The notes beneath the pieces are model-generated. The model saw nothing but the letters and a program-made list of their open reading frames with translations, had not been told where the DNA came from and did not search any database. 64,000 bases of DNA from Acanthaster planci (Eukaryota), in contig NW_019091360.1 in the NCBI RefSeq assembly GCF_001949145.1, forward strand, positions 2,229,599-2,293,598, in the 5' to 3' direction. A program made the position numbers and the translations under genes. Below are positions 54,401 through 64,000 of this stretch, piece after piece (position 1 is the first letter of the stretch; each line of letters starts with the position of its first letter).

Positions 54401-57400
54401 TTCTGACACAGTCTTAGACTTAACCCCATTGATATTCAAGACAAAAGTCTAGTATCTCACCTCCTCATACTGCACTGCACCCACTTCCTCTACAGCCTCC
54501 TCCTCATTGGCCGGCTGTGGGAGAGATCAAAAATCCTGCCACACAATCTGTTTTCTCAAATGTAGCCTAAATATCTTCTTTGCACTGTTTATTGTGTCTT
54601 AAGGTTTTGTGAGGTTTTGTAGCCAATGCCTAATATCCCCTTGAAACACAATCAACAATATTTATTTCCATACTGCCATAATTTTGATATAAAAAATTTA
54701 CAAAAGATTAAGGAAGCATGTTCTTCATAAGAACAGTAAATCAAGAACGAAAGGTTAATATGGTGGCATACCTCAGAAGCCTAGGGCTTACAAGGAGATG
54801 CCATACATCAAACAAGACAAACAAAACAAAATCAAACAAAATAACACAAAACATCAAAAATTACAGAGACAAACAGAGCAAATGTACAGATGGAGATTCA
54901 TTACATGTGGAAAAATATAATCATAGACAACAACAAAATGTTACTCTAATGCAATTGAAATAAAATACGATAATTTGACAGCAAAAAGAAATGCAAACAT
55001 CAATTCCAATGCAAGGGTACAATGGTACAAGGGTACAATGTAGATAAAAATATAGGCATGTACTCATGGAGGAAAAGTAGAGGACTTCGCCCAAAACTTA
55101 AAGAAGGAATGAAATGAAATGGAGGTAATTTCTTTGGAATATAATTGAGTCATTGATGCTGACAGTCTCATATTGGCAAATTGAAACTTTGTCTGACGCG
55201 TCACACCAAATTGCACTCTACATCTGAAATGTCTCTGGGTACTTTATACTGAATTTCAGACAATCAGTTTTTAGTTGAGGATGTCTTGGAAAATTTTTGA
55301 CTTGACTTCTAGGAACATGTTGTCAGTTTCTGAACATTAAAAACACAGAAAAGCACACTGAAATGGGTTTGGTTATTTTTTCCATTAACATCCTTTCACT
55401 GAAAACTAATTTATCAATGAAATCATTCCTCATTGCAGAGTGCATGTACCAATATAGCTCAGGAGCACATGATCTCGAAGCTCTGACTTAAAATCCATAT
55501 GCTTGAATCCAGCATTCTTCAAACCCATGTTAGTTTTTTATTGTGTTCTTAAAAGCATATCCGACAACGAAGCAGAATTTGAAATGATGTTGATTCGTGG
55601 AACTGTTCCTTAAAAGTACAAGAAACCTGAGATTATCCAATAAAGAAAGATTGCCAATAAAGGTGGCATGAAAACCCGTCATAAAAAATTAGACAAACAG
55701 AAAATGCATGAAAAAGACTGGAAAATAAACTAAAGTAATATGGGCCGATGGTACAATGTAGGGAAGCTATCATTCTCAACCCCCTCAATGCCTAAAAATG
55801 ATTAGCAGAGAAGTACTGCACTGACCGATGAGAAGACCATTTTGGACTCCAGGAGCTGAGCAATGACTACGTGCTGATGTCTTTCGGCAGAATCGCACGG
55901 CGTCTCCTTGTCGGCATTCTCAACAAACATTGATGCGTTATGCTCCAACAACATCTGGTCGAAAAAAGGAGGCATTACAAAGCACATCAGAATTGACCCT
56001 AACAGGGATAAATGCTCCTCTACGGAGATCAGAAAACAGTCTACAAACCAGAGGCTACTTGGAAGCAATGCCAGGTCTTGTCACAGCTGACTAGCAGCTG
56101 ACACAAAACAAGACAGACAATGACAGACATAACAAGGATTGCGAGCAATCCTTGTTATGCGAGCAATCCTATAGTACTCGTACACGGTACTTGTACTTGA
56201 GTAATACTCAAGTACTGCTTTCAGAATACTCGTTTCTTACTTTACTATTAGTACAAGTAAGAAATTTAAAATTTCCAAGTACTGGTACTCAAACAACAAT
56301 TCTTGTACTCGATTAACAGTACTCAATAAAAAAATCCTTTACATCCTGTGACGGTCAATGAAATGCAACGGTTCAAGACAATTGATCTTCACAGACAACA
56401 AACATTGTTCCGGAATGTTATTTACTTGTTCTTTGGTTGGCATGATAATCACACAGAGTTTAAGGTGTTACATTTTGTTTCTGAGCCAGGTTTTTTGGCA
56501 CTTCAGCAAATTTTGTGCTTAAGCAGCTCTGTGAAATTGGGCCATGCATCAACGGCATTTGCTTATTCTTGATGCTTTTATATTTTACCTCTGAGTAGGC
56601 CTAAAGGTTCAAATTACTGTTGTCAGTGCATCGGAACCAATGATTTTTCTGTTGCCGTATAAATGTTGTACTTCTGTGTTTTGCCAAGGAGCCTAAGATA
56701 CAAGTTCCGTACACAGTTTGGGGACTTAATATAATCTGTAACCACCTAAGCATGCTGATTTCGGAATGCTATGGCAGATTTTAATAAAAACAATCAGTTG
56801 CAAAAAGGTTTGTAGATCCATTGTTCAAATTAATTTAAACATTTTGACACACAAATTTGACTATTTACCCAGACTTAACGTACTCTGACTTGTACTCATA
56901 ATTAGAAGTACTCGTACTCGGAGGAACAAATACTCATACTCGGAGGAACAAATACTCATACTCATACACAGAAGTATTCGTACTTGAAAATCAGTTCTTG
57001 TACTCAGCGGGTAAAGTATTTGGACTTTCAGATACGAGCCAATTTACTCGGCAGTACTCTGTACTCAGAAAAAAATACTCGACTACAACACTGATTGTGA
57101 GTTCCTTAGGTCTACAGGAGGTCTACTAAGACAAGACAAAAAGCGGGGAGTAAAACCAAACAAAAAAGAGCTCAGATGTCATCCTATTCAACAACCCATC
57201 TGTGTGCCCATACATGTATGACAACCTAGACACGAACACACATACTATACAGTACATGTACAGGACACGGCAGATAATTTGTGTCATTTTCTGAAATGGC
57301 AGTATTCATAGTAAGGATTACTGCAGTTTACATAAAGCAAAGAACTAAACCAAAGGCTACATGTAGCTTTCATAACAACCCCTATAAAGTCCAGGTGAAG

Positions 57401-60400
57401 ACAGTCTGCACAAGGCAAAATGCAGAGACATGAGGGGAGACAAGAACAACAAACACAAAGAAGTGCAGGGAGCAGCACCAGATGAATAGTACATGCAGTA
57501 TAAGGATAGCACACAAAGCAAAGGGCACTAAACCTGTTGATACATATACATGTGCATGAAACAGGCATCACAACACATTACATTTCAGTGCACACTGCAC
57601 TGAAATGCAAGACCAATTGTAAACGATCAGCGAATACAGACTTGCCGTCGCAATGCCACCTTTTTTGCAAACAGATGCAATTCACAACACCAAGATTGAT
57701 ATGTGCATCAGGATATATACACATGTACACGCTGCGAACAACTTGTACATGTACATGTACCATGCATGTACAAGTACATACATACATGTACATGATGCAG
57801 TTGTGGCATTGTATTTAACATGTAAATATACATGCATGTAATATCTATTCTTTGTATTTTATTCATGAATCGTTCACATGCTGTGCATTAAAGTTTTATC
57901 TCTACTTATGCTTCCAATGCCATGGGACTGCTACAGATGCCGATTACTTTGGCTATACTGCATTTTTCAAACTGTCGTCAGACATTCTAATAATTACATG
58001 TATGCCAAATTGAGAGATTTCTGCCGTCATTTTGGAGGAGCGATGTACACATAAATACATGTAGTTAATGTGCTTCCTTAATTTATATTTTACATCACTT
58101 ACATGTATACGTACATACATCATGCATATATATGACAAGTTGTAACTTTACCTCAACCAAGGAGAGGTAGCCAGATCCTGCTGCATAGTGTAAAGCGGTG
58201 TTACCGTCCTGAAAATTGAACAAATGTCAAACATTATTTAAAGTTTGGCCACAAGAGTTCTCCTTCAGAATTTGCCAAAAGAATGTCGGCATGATAGTGC
58301 ATGGTTGGAAATATTCATACACCGTACAAGCAAGTGAATCCAGTACCTTAAATAAGGAATGCTTTTGCAGTGTAAATGAAATAGGAAAAAATACCAGCTA
58401 TATGTATCGCAAGAAGTACATTTTTTCATTCTTTTGAGAAGTGTGACAAGTTGCCCACACATCCATCAGTTAGACATCATGCTTAGGCTGAATTTTCCCA
58501 AAACGTCAATAAAAATTCTGCTCTGTTAAGAAAATTTATGGATCTTTTCTTAGCTGCCCTTCAGCAACAAATATTTACTGCCAAAAACAGTATACGTATA
58601 CATATTCAAAAAATGATGAAATTTATAATCACGTGGGTAAAAGGATTGGTGGCATATTACATGTTCGTACATGTAGTTGATGTGTGTTTTACAGAAGTGT
58701 ACTTGACATGAGGCATTGATGATAAGTGCACTGCATGGACTCTTTTAAAAATGATGAGTCAAGGTTACCTGTACATTTTAAGATAATGATTGCATTGCAT
58801 ACATGTAGCACCAAATTACCCAAGGATATCCGTTTTCATCAAACCACAAACTTTAACCATTTAAGCTCCCAGGGGAGATACAGCGTACTGCTGCCATATC
58901 AGGCACACACGGCTCATCAAACACAACAACCGTCCACAGATTCCCATTAATTCGGTACTCTAGGGTGGAGAGAGGCAAGTACGTGTACATGTAGGGGTGA
59001 AGTGGTTTGCCCAAGGTCACAGCTCGTGAGTCACAAGATCGAATGACTGAGTCACATGCATCCCTGTACTCGTCCTCCCCTCCTCCTTCCGCTCCCTTTC
59101 CTACCCCTCCCCAACCCCGCCTCAGTTTCTGTAACACTACCAGGACTGGAAACCCAATCACGTTTCTCACAATTTCAATTAAATCTGTCATAACAGTCGC
59201 TGCCCAATGGACAAAAACACCTAGATGGAAATGTGCGACACACTTAGAACCTGGAAACAACCTGTGTTCAGAGCGTCTGGTACGTGTATCTGCCTCAAGC
59301 AGAAGCACTCCATCATTGGTTGAAAAAAGCCGCATTGGTCGGGAGCTTTTATTTTGTTGGTAGCGATGCAACCGTGACAAGTGCATTTCATAGTCGTTTG
59401 TGAACCAACTAAGAGCAGTTCAGTACCAAAGGAGCCTTCATTGCTAAGCAAATAGCGCCCTCTCCTGGTCCAGCTTGAGGCCCATACGTGGCTGGAGAAC
59501 AGCTTTAACATTTGAACGGTGCGTACTATACCCATTTGAAACATTCTAACCAGAACCAACAAAATAAGGGAGAAGTCACCAGAGCCATTTCTGATTAACA
59601 GACTCCACAACAGAAACTTTCCACAAGGGAAAACCAATAAGGACCATCAACATTTTCACAACCACGATTTCCACATTCATCAGCACATGTCAAACTGAGT
59701 GAGGAGTCAAAGTGAGGAGTATAGTCCCGTCAGTCAATTGCAATCCAAACTCTGAAAAAGAAAAAATTGTGCCGAAGACTCATTTTGTGAGATTCAGTCA
59801 TATATGCAACCCTGAATATAGACTGCCAAATCTATGCAACCTACCTCATCTTCCGCATCAATCTGGATCTGCTCGCGTTCTCCTTCCCCCATGGTGATGC
59901 CCCGCCACGATAGCACCAACCGTAGGCATTCCAGCCGCTTCTTCTCTGGCGGCTGCGAGTAGTAGTACTGCGAGTAGCTGTAGGTGGACGGCGGCCGGAT
60001 CTGCTCCTCCATGCAGATGCAATGCAGCGCCGTCTGGTTGTCACTGTTGCGCTTGTTGGGATTGCCGCTGTGCCGCTGCATGAAAATCCTGTGACGAGAC
60101 AGGTAACAAGAGCTAACAGCAACCTCAAGCCTAACCTTAAAGACTACTCAAAGTCCACGGGGCACATTTGGCCAGATTTTGTACACATGCTTAAGGAACA
60201 GTTGTTAGGACTCTACAATGTACATGTACATTGTATGTGAGGTTGGATGCCTCTTGACAGTATTTTTAAAATTGCAACTGGTTTTTTTTGAAGATTTGGA
60301 GAGGTTTCCAGCGAACTGGAGTTCAAGTGGTTATCCTACAAGCTTGTTTTAAAATTTATGATAAATGTTGACGCCAAACAAAAAAGCTGTGTCTTGTTAC

Positions 60401-61126
60401 CAAACCCATGCTAGAAAACTGTGCAATATATAGATCTTTTGTTCTAAACATCAAGGAGAAATGCAACCTTATGGGGTTAAATGCCAAGTCTAATTTTTGG
60501 TTGTGTCAGTATCATCATGTACTGGTACATGTACATATTCAAGCTGGGCATAATGGGAAGCAACTTAAAAAGACAGTAGCTCGTACTCACAATATCTGCT
60601 TTCTGAATTCAGACATTCTTTAACCACTAATTAAGCAGTGAATATACGAAGTGCATGTACATGTATAACCAGGTTCAATATTTCATCTAACATTGCCACT
60701 TGCTACTTTATACATTCTAGCAGCAGAAATTCCTGCCTTGGCCCCCAGTTCTTGGAAAGCACATCTGCATACTGTGTCAACATGTGCAGTACGGTACATG
60801 TTCATGTAAATGTATGTACATGTACATGTATATGCCTGTAATACCAATATAGGCCTGACAAGAGGGTTCTAGACATAATATGGCCATCACCTCTACAGGT
60901 TTTTATAGCCAACGATGTCAGCTTCAAGATGCACCTACCTAACTAATCTGTGCATTCCATGTCGGCTTGCATAGTGCAGCGGCGTGTTGTGGCTGTAATT
61001 CTCCCCATAGGACGTGTTGGGGTCAAAGGCTTTCTGGAACTCCACGCTCCCGTGGTACAACTCCTCAGCCAGCTTCTCGTCGCCGGCGTGCAGCGCCTTG
61101 CGAAACTTGGATGACGTGCTGCCCAT
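16549..61126 (-). CDS. ANKIB1: Ankyrin repeat and IBR domain-containing protein 1 (Ariadne-type RBR E3 ubiquitin ligase); 20 coding exons, 1514 aa
   Basis: N-terminus [12 protein letters not shown]...[16 protein letters not shown] matches remembered human ANKIB1 (MGNTTTKFRKAL...[16 protein letters not shown]); ankyrin, UBA-like, RING1, IBR, RING2 (GCNHM catalytic Cys), Ariadne and UIM in order; all 19 introns GT-AG with matching phases; exon lengths sum to 4545 nt. Confidence 0.95.
18576..18995. mobile_element. piggyBac-like MITE
   Basis: TTAA|CCCAC...GTGGG|TTAA with GGAGGATT subterminal repeats near both ends. Confidence 0.65.
22241..22394. mobile_element. PIF/Harbinger-like MITE (family A, copy 1)
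   Basis: taa|aggccagttcatacttc...gaagtatgacccggcct|tta; 17-bp TIR, TWA flanks. Confidence 0.75.
25904..25980 (-). CDS. ANKIB1: ANKIB1 coding exon 19 (UIM-like 3)
   Basis: [26 protein letters not shown]|gtaagt; AIQLSLQE matches the remembered human ANKIB1 UIM; 77 nt, phases 2/1 fit both neighbours. Confidence 0.88.
28390..28582 (-). mobile_element. Degenerate tRNA-derived SINE
   Basis: Minus strand shows A-box-like tggcctggtg, B-box-like ggttagaaccc and CORE-like tgtccttgggcaag..cacttcac; related copies near 43700-43830, 50880-51056 and 58950-59060. Confidence 0.6.
29181..29218. repeat. 15-bp tandem repeat (~2.5 copies)
   Basis: gaagagaaaacgtga repeated. Confidence 0.85.
29347..29490. mobile_element. 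hAT-like MITE, 144 bp
   Basis: TIR CAGGGATGCC...GGCATCCCTG with 8-bp target duplication ccatgtta / tcatgtta. Confidence 0.85.
29788..30029. mobile_element. MITE-like element with degenerate TIRs and GAGTGA subrepeats
   Basis: ttctctaaaagcaagagtgaaa versus reverse complement ttctctcaaagtgcaaatgagtgaaa. Confidence 0.5.
32675..32850. mobile_element. PIF/Harbinger-like MITE (family A, copy 2)
   Basis: taa|aggccggttcatac...gtatgaacctgcct; same TIR as 22241 copy. Confidence 0.7.
37833..38351. mobile_element. piggyBac-like non-autonomous element, copy 1
   Basis: TTAA|CCACTTCGTGCC...GGCTGGTAGTGG|TTAA; interior homologous to 38466-39037. Confidence 0.75.
38253..38277. other. Assembly gap (25 N)
   Basis: Run of n. 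Confidence 1.
38466..39037. mobile_element. piggyBac-like non-autonomous element, copy 2
   Basis: TTAA|CCACTTCCTGCA...GGCACCGAGGGG|TTAA; shares cagccaggcctg..gtaaa.agagccca and ggccagattagca.gcagcg blocks with copy 1. Confidence 0.75.
41847..42054 (+). repeat. Dispersed ~210-bp repeat carrying a CTCF-like motif and two CCAAT boxes
   Basis: Collinear with the reverse complement of 59273-59482; partial copies at ~2152-2200 and ~4660-4715. Confidence 0.85.
42348..42537 (-). CDS. ANKIB1: ANKIB1 coding exon 18 (UIM-like 2, Ser/Gly tract)
   Basis: ttcttttgttag|..[22 protein letters not shown]..|gtaagt; 190 nt, ends phase 2. Confidence 0.82.
42978..43128 (-). CDS. ANKIB1: ANKIB1 coding exon 17 (UIM-like 1)
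   Basis: gcttgcaatag|[18 protein letters not shown]...GSGNR G|gtgggc; 151 nt; phase 1 fits next exon. Confidence 0.82.
43700..43830 (-). mobile_element. Degenerate SINE copy
   Basis: gcccaaggacac and gatttgaacccc shared with the 28390 copy. Confidence 0.55.
43852..44079 (-). CDS. ANKIB1: ANKIB1 coding exon 16 (Ariadne end)
   Basis: [27 protein letters not shown]...SWESDSDEE|gtagga; 228 nt. Confidence 0.93.
44952..45088 (-). CDS. ANKIB1: ANKIB1 coding exon 15 (Ariadne domain)
   Basis: [45 protein letters not shown]|gtgagt; 137 nt; not in ORF track. Confidence 0.95.
45713..45869 (-). CDS. ANKIB1: ANKIB1 coding exon 14 (Ariadne domain)
   Basis: [27 protein letters not shown]...|gtgagg; 157 nt. 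Confidence 0.94.
46375..46509 (-). CDS. ANKIB1: ANKIB1 coding exon 13 (RING2 end)
   Basis: [31 protein letters not shown]...MLTD|gtaaga; 135 nt. Confidence 0.95.
46841..47558. other. Assembly gap (718 N) inside ANKIB1 intron 12
   Basis: Run of n; flanking exons join as HMKCTK|CKHDFCW, so no RING2 exon appears to be missing. Confidence 1.
49090..49220 (-). CDS. ANKIB1: ANKIB1 coding exon 12 (RING2 with catalytic Cys)
   Basis: [34 protein letters not shown]|gtactg; 131 nt. Confidence 0.95.
49347..49435 (-). CDS. ANKIB1: ANKIB1 coding exon 11 (IBR end)
   Basis: [29 protein letters not shown]|gtaaga; 89 nt. Confidence 0.95.
49471..49718. mobile_element. Palindromic MITE with ~65-bp TIRs (Harbinger-like GGGCC ends)
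   Basis: gggccaatttcatagagctgcttaagcacaaaatttgcttaa...ttaagcaaattttgtgcttaagcagttctatgaacttggccc; solo arm at ~56490-56546. Confidence 0.88.
50587..50780 (-). CDS. ANKIB1: ANKIB1 coding exon 10 (IBR)
   Basis: tttctttgtag|[21 protein letters not shown]...[11 protein letters not shown]|gtgagc; 194 nt. Confidence 0.95.
51568..51712 (-). CDS. ANKIB1: ANKIB1 coding exon 9 (RING1, second part)
   Basis: [26 protein letters not shown]...RYLQFDIN|gttagt; 145 nt. Confidence 0.95.
52428..52516 (-). CDS. ANKIB1: ANKIB1 coding exon 8 (RING1, first part)
   Basis: cttcttgcag|CDIC...[11 protein letters not shown]|gtaagg; 89 nt. Confidence 0.95.
53324..53487 (-). CDS. ANKIB1: ANKIB1 coding exon 7
   Basis: (E)[23 protein letters not shown]...EEPVV|gtaagt; 164 nt. 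Confidence 0.92.
53745..53862 (-). CDS. ANKIB1: ANKIB1 coding exon 6 (UBA-like)
   Basis: [39 protein letters not shown]|gtaggt; 118 nt. Confidence 0.95.
54461..54514 (-). CDS. ANKIB1: ANKIB1 coding exon 5 (acidic linker)
   Basis: ctctcccacag|[18 protein letters not shown]|gtgaga; 54 nt. Confidence 0.85.
55826..55954 (-). CDS. ANKIB1: ANKIB1 coding exon 4
   Basis: [43 protein letters not shown]|gtcagt; 129 nt. Confidence 0.92.
56146..57093. mobile_element. hAT-like non-autonomous element with GTACTC subterminal repeats and a nested MITE arm
   Basis: Right end ctcgactacaacactg (CAGTG terminus); GTACT(C/T) arrays at 56172-56325 and 56880-57080; candidate 8-bp TSD attgcgag / attgtgag; left TIR degenerate. 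Confidence 0.6.
57720..57840. repeat. TACATG/TACATGTA-rich low-complexity tract
   Basis: Repeated tacatg/gtacat units; similar tracts at ~60790-60840 and ~62920-63020. Confidence 0.75.
58152..58208 (-). CDS. ANKIB1: ANKIB1 coding exon 3 (ankyrin)
   Basis: attttcag|[19 protein letters not shown]|gtaaag; 57 nt; not in ORF track. Confidence 0.93.
58950..59060 (-). mobile_element. Degenerate SINE copy
   Basis: gtgaagtggtttgcccaaggtcaca nearly identical to gtgaagtggcttgcccaaggacata at ~28482-28506. Confidence 0.55.
59273..59482 (-). repeat. Inverted copy of the 41847-42054 dispersed repeat
   Basis: Reverse complement reads gctggaccaggagagggcgc..aggctcctttgg..aacgactatgaaa..ctcccgaccaat..aaccaatga, as at 41847. 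Confidence 0.85.
59845..60088 (-). CDS. ANKIB1: ANKIB1 coding exon 2
   Basis: ctcgtcacag|G..GAG|gtaggt; [26 protein letters not shown]...IDAEDE; 244 nt. Confidence 0.93.
60939..61126 (-). CDS. ANKIB1: ANKIB1 coding exon 1 (start, ankyrin)
   Basis: gccATGG Kozak context at 61126; donor AG|gtaggt; 188 nt, ends phase 2. Confidence 0.95.
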
Positions 61127-64000
61127 GGCGTGTGACCCCGTTCACCTCAACCTTCCTGAATAGCCTCTCGGGACTGGCATTCGAAGGCTCTGCTGTCACC
61201 ACAGCTCAACTCCTAAACCGATGGATTTCTACGTAATCGACCAGGCAATCAAACGTGCAGAAAACAAATTTGAACTTTTGAATTTCAGTTGTGAATCACA
61301 ACCCTCACTGGGGGATTTCTTCACAGAAAGACATCAATCAGATGAGCATGTCTGGTTCTTGAAAAATGTCAACCATGGCATGAGTCACATGTCTATGAGT
61401 AACACCGTTCACAGTACACATGTACATGTATTACTCATGTTTCCTAGATCGCCAAAGATTCAGTTTACAGAATATTTTATCTCTTTCCAGAAAATATGAC
61501 CTTCTTCCTTGGTGACCAAAGACTGTTATCTAATACTGCCCGCTGTGATATAACAATTGGAAGACATGGACGTACATGTACATATACACCATATGCTCTT
61601 GTACTCACCCACACGTCTGTGACATTATTAATGAGAAACTAAAGTGACAGCATGGCACAGTGTGCACGTATGGCAAAGTACCGCTATACAGTGAAGAATA
61701 TCAGTGTTCACATTTACACTATGCATTAATTACAGCTGAACGAAATAGCACAAAGAAACTAAAAGGTAGAGATGTTATCTCTGCTTCAATGGCAATATAA
61801 TGCCAGATGTGCTGATTCCAGACTATGGTATACATGTACGTGTATGTATTTGTGCAAATTGTATTCAACTGAAAAATAATTTTTTCCAACAGCCTTTTCA
61901 TTTTCCTCCTCTTAAAATAGGCTTTGAGACTCAAGGAGGTTTTCCAGACAGGAAAATATTCTATATATATACATGTATCTACACGCAGACACAGCGCCGC
62001 TGGCTGCAACCCCTATACATAAATGGTTTTAGGAAGCCATACCGCATAAAACTTTTGTGTTATTTATGGTCGTCGCCCAGACAACCACCTGCTAGGAACA
62101 GTAATTATTGACCCGGTTGAGTGGAGTCACGCAAAGCCACCGTCTGCTCTTCCATTTCTTAACATTTTCAATAAACAGGACTACTTGTTACAAATTAACA
62201 AACACATCTGCAAATGAGGTGGAAAACATTACTCTTTTGCCAACAGCAGGTATCGGTACATGTATGCCTAATTTCACCATCAACACCTCTCCGTGACAAT
62301 TTATCACCCAACAGATAACCACCTGCTTAACTTGGAAGAAACCATTCGGGAATTTCTTGGGAAAAAGACGGAACCACAGAAAAGGCAGTCTACTGTTACA
62401 TGTCCATTATTTCCCAAACAAGTCAGGACAATTTCTTTCTTCTTTTGGTGTAACCACAGATCTACCATTCTCCAGAATGCTAGTGCCTACCCCTACAGGT
62501 GACAAGCTCCTGGCAAACAAGGGTATTGTGCGTTCACGTTCTATTCACCGTACCCATGAGTCATCCATATGTGCCCAATATGTACCGCGCTGTATACATG
62601 TGTACCTATTGGCCAGAAATTTCCAAGTTTTGGGTAAGATGACTAATATTAAATACCATGTACGGTTACCGGTACAGCAAGATTATCCGGTTGGGACAAA
62701 GATTACTCACGTGCCTTTATCATGCCTTAAGTACATGTACCAGTATACTGCTGGTAATACCATGAAGGAATAAAAACATACCCTGGTCCCCCTCCTCAGA
62801 TGTAAATTATACACACCAAGAAAATGCAAACCGGTGTAGGAAACAGACTGGAGGAAATACATACATTTGTACAGAGTTATTACACTGCCAAACCTGAACG
62901 ATAATGGACAGGTCAGTACAAGAACACATGTACATGAAGCTGGCATAATGTACTGTACATGTACTGTATGCAAATGTACAGGACTCTTAGCTAACACCTG
63001 TATGCATTGTACATGTTTGTACAAAACTTTGTCACAATACAGTCTGTATACAGTACACACTGCAGAATGCACGAAGATTATGTAACTGTCCAAGCAGGAG
63101 ATCCTCACATGTATGAAACTGGAGAAATGCCAATACATGTATTGAGAAAACAATGCCCATGTTGTTGGTTTTCATTTTGGTTGCAATCTTGATGATCAGC
63201 CAATTATCCCATGCGCTCATCAAGCAACGATGGTTTTTCATGTGTGAAGTGAAAAACTGTGAAATTTTGTTGCGCTCATTTTCCCCAGGCATCCTTTGAG
63301 CAATTTGGGAATGTCTACCAGTAGCTCAGGCAATATTTTTTAACACCATTGACATGTGCAAATCAAACATTTCTGTAGTCGACATGGCTCACCAGGGTGG
63401 GCAATTTTTCATTTTGTTAAAAAACAAAATCTGGGTTTTTTAGTTGAATGGAATTTTTTAATTTTCATCCAAATTGGAAACAATTTGGTTCAATGATGTA
63501 TTAATCTTCATGATGCATGTGTATTGTTTTTCATTCATTTATATCTTCTGCTACAAAATTAGCAAAATTTGGATTTGAATTAAGAAATTTATATCAAGTT
63601 TGTGTCCTTCCTCCATAATGTAATTGACTCAATTCACAAACCACCTTGAATATTGTCTAAACCCAGTGCAATGCATGCAGTATAGCATATACCGGTACAT
63701 GTATGTACCCACAGAGACAACACTTCCTTCACTTCAGAGACAAGTACATGTATGGTCCATGTACCAAGGATAAAGTGCATACCCTACCTGTCTACTGAGC
63801 CCTGTTTGTCTGTCCAGGCATATCCTGCTCTTCTTCAGCCCTGTACTGGTGTCTTAAGAATTTGCCAAGTTTGGAATGTCAGTGTTTTAATTTTTATTAA
63901 TTTTATGGTTATTTGCATTGTATGTTATTTAATTCAGAGATTTTATCTATTTCTCGTGGATGCCTGTAAGTGGCGGGTAACTGCTGTTGGTCATCAGAAA

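Noticed and set aside
63788..63963. ANKIB1 5'UTR exon (cttacag|...cag|gtaggg)
   Set aside because: Splice signals are plausible but non-coding, so cannot be supported without transcript data.

Overview
Eukaryotic (metazoan) genomic DNA with spliceosomal GT-AG introns; composition and repeat landscape (many MITEs, tRNA-type SINEs, abundant TACATGTA) suggest a marine invertebrate deuterostome, probably an echinoderm (inference). The window holds (i) a complete minus-strand ANKIB1 orthologue (ankyrin + Ariadne-type RBR E3 ligase) that I assembled by hand into 20 coding exons with consistent phases (61126->16549, 4545 nt, 1514 aa), carrying three UIM-like motifs and a 621-aa low-complexity tail; (ii) a two-coding-exon minus-strand class A GPCR of prostanoid-receptor type (8440->3548, 401 aa) with several non-canonical substitutions and a cluster of upstream ATGs; (iii) the probable last two exons of an unidentified plus-strand gene (300-628); (iv) many non-autonomous transposons (hAT-, piggyBac-, PIF/Harbinger-like MITEs, SINEs), including a dispersed repeat that carries a CTCF-like motif; and two assembly gaps. 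No prokaryotic system, CRISPR array, rRNA or intact tRNA was seen. Family calls rest on remembered sequences and motifs, not on database searches.
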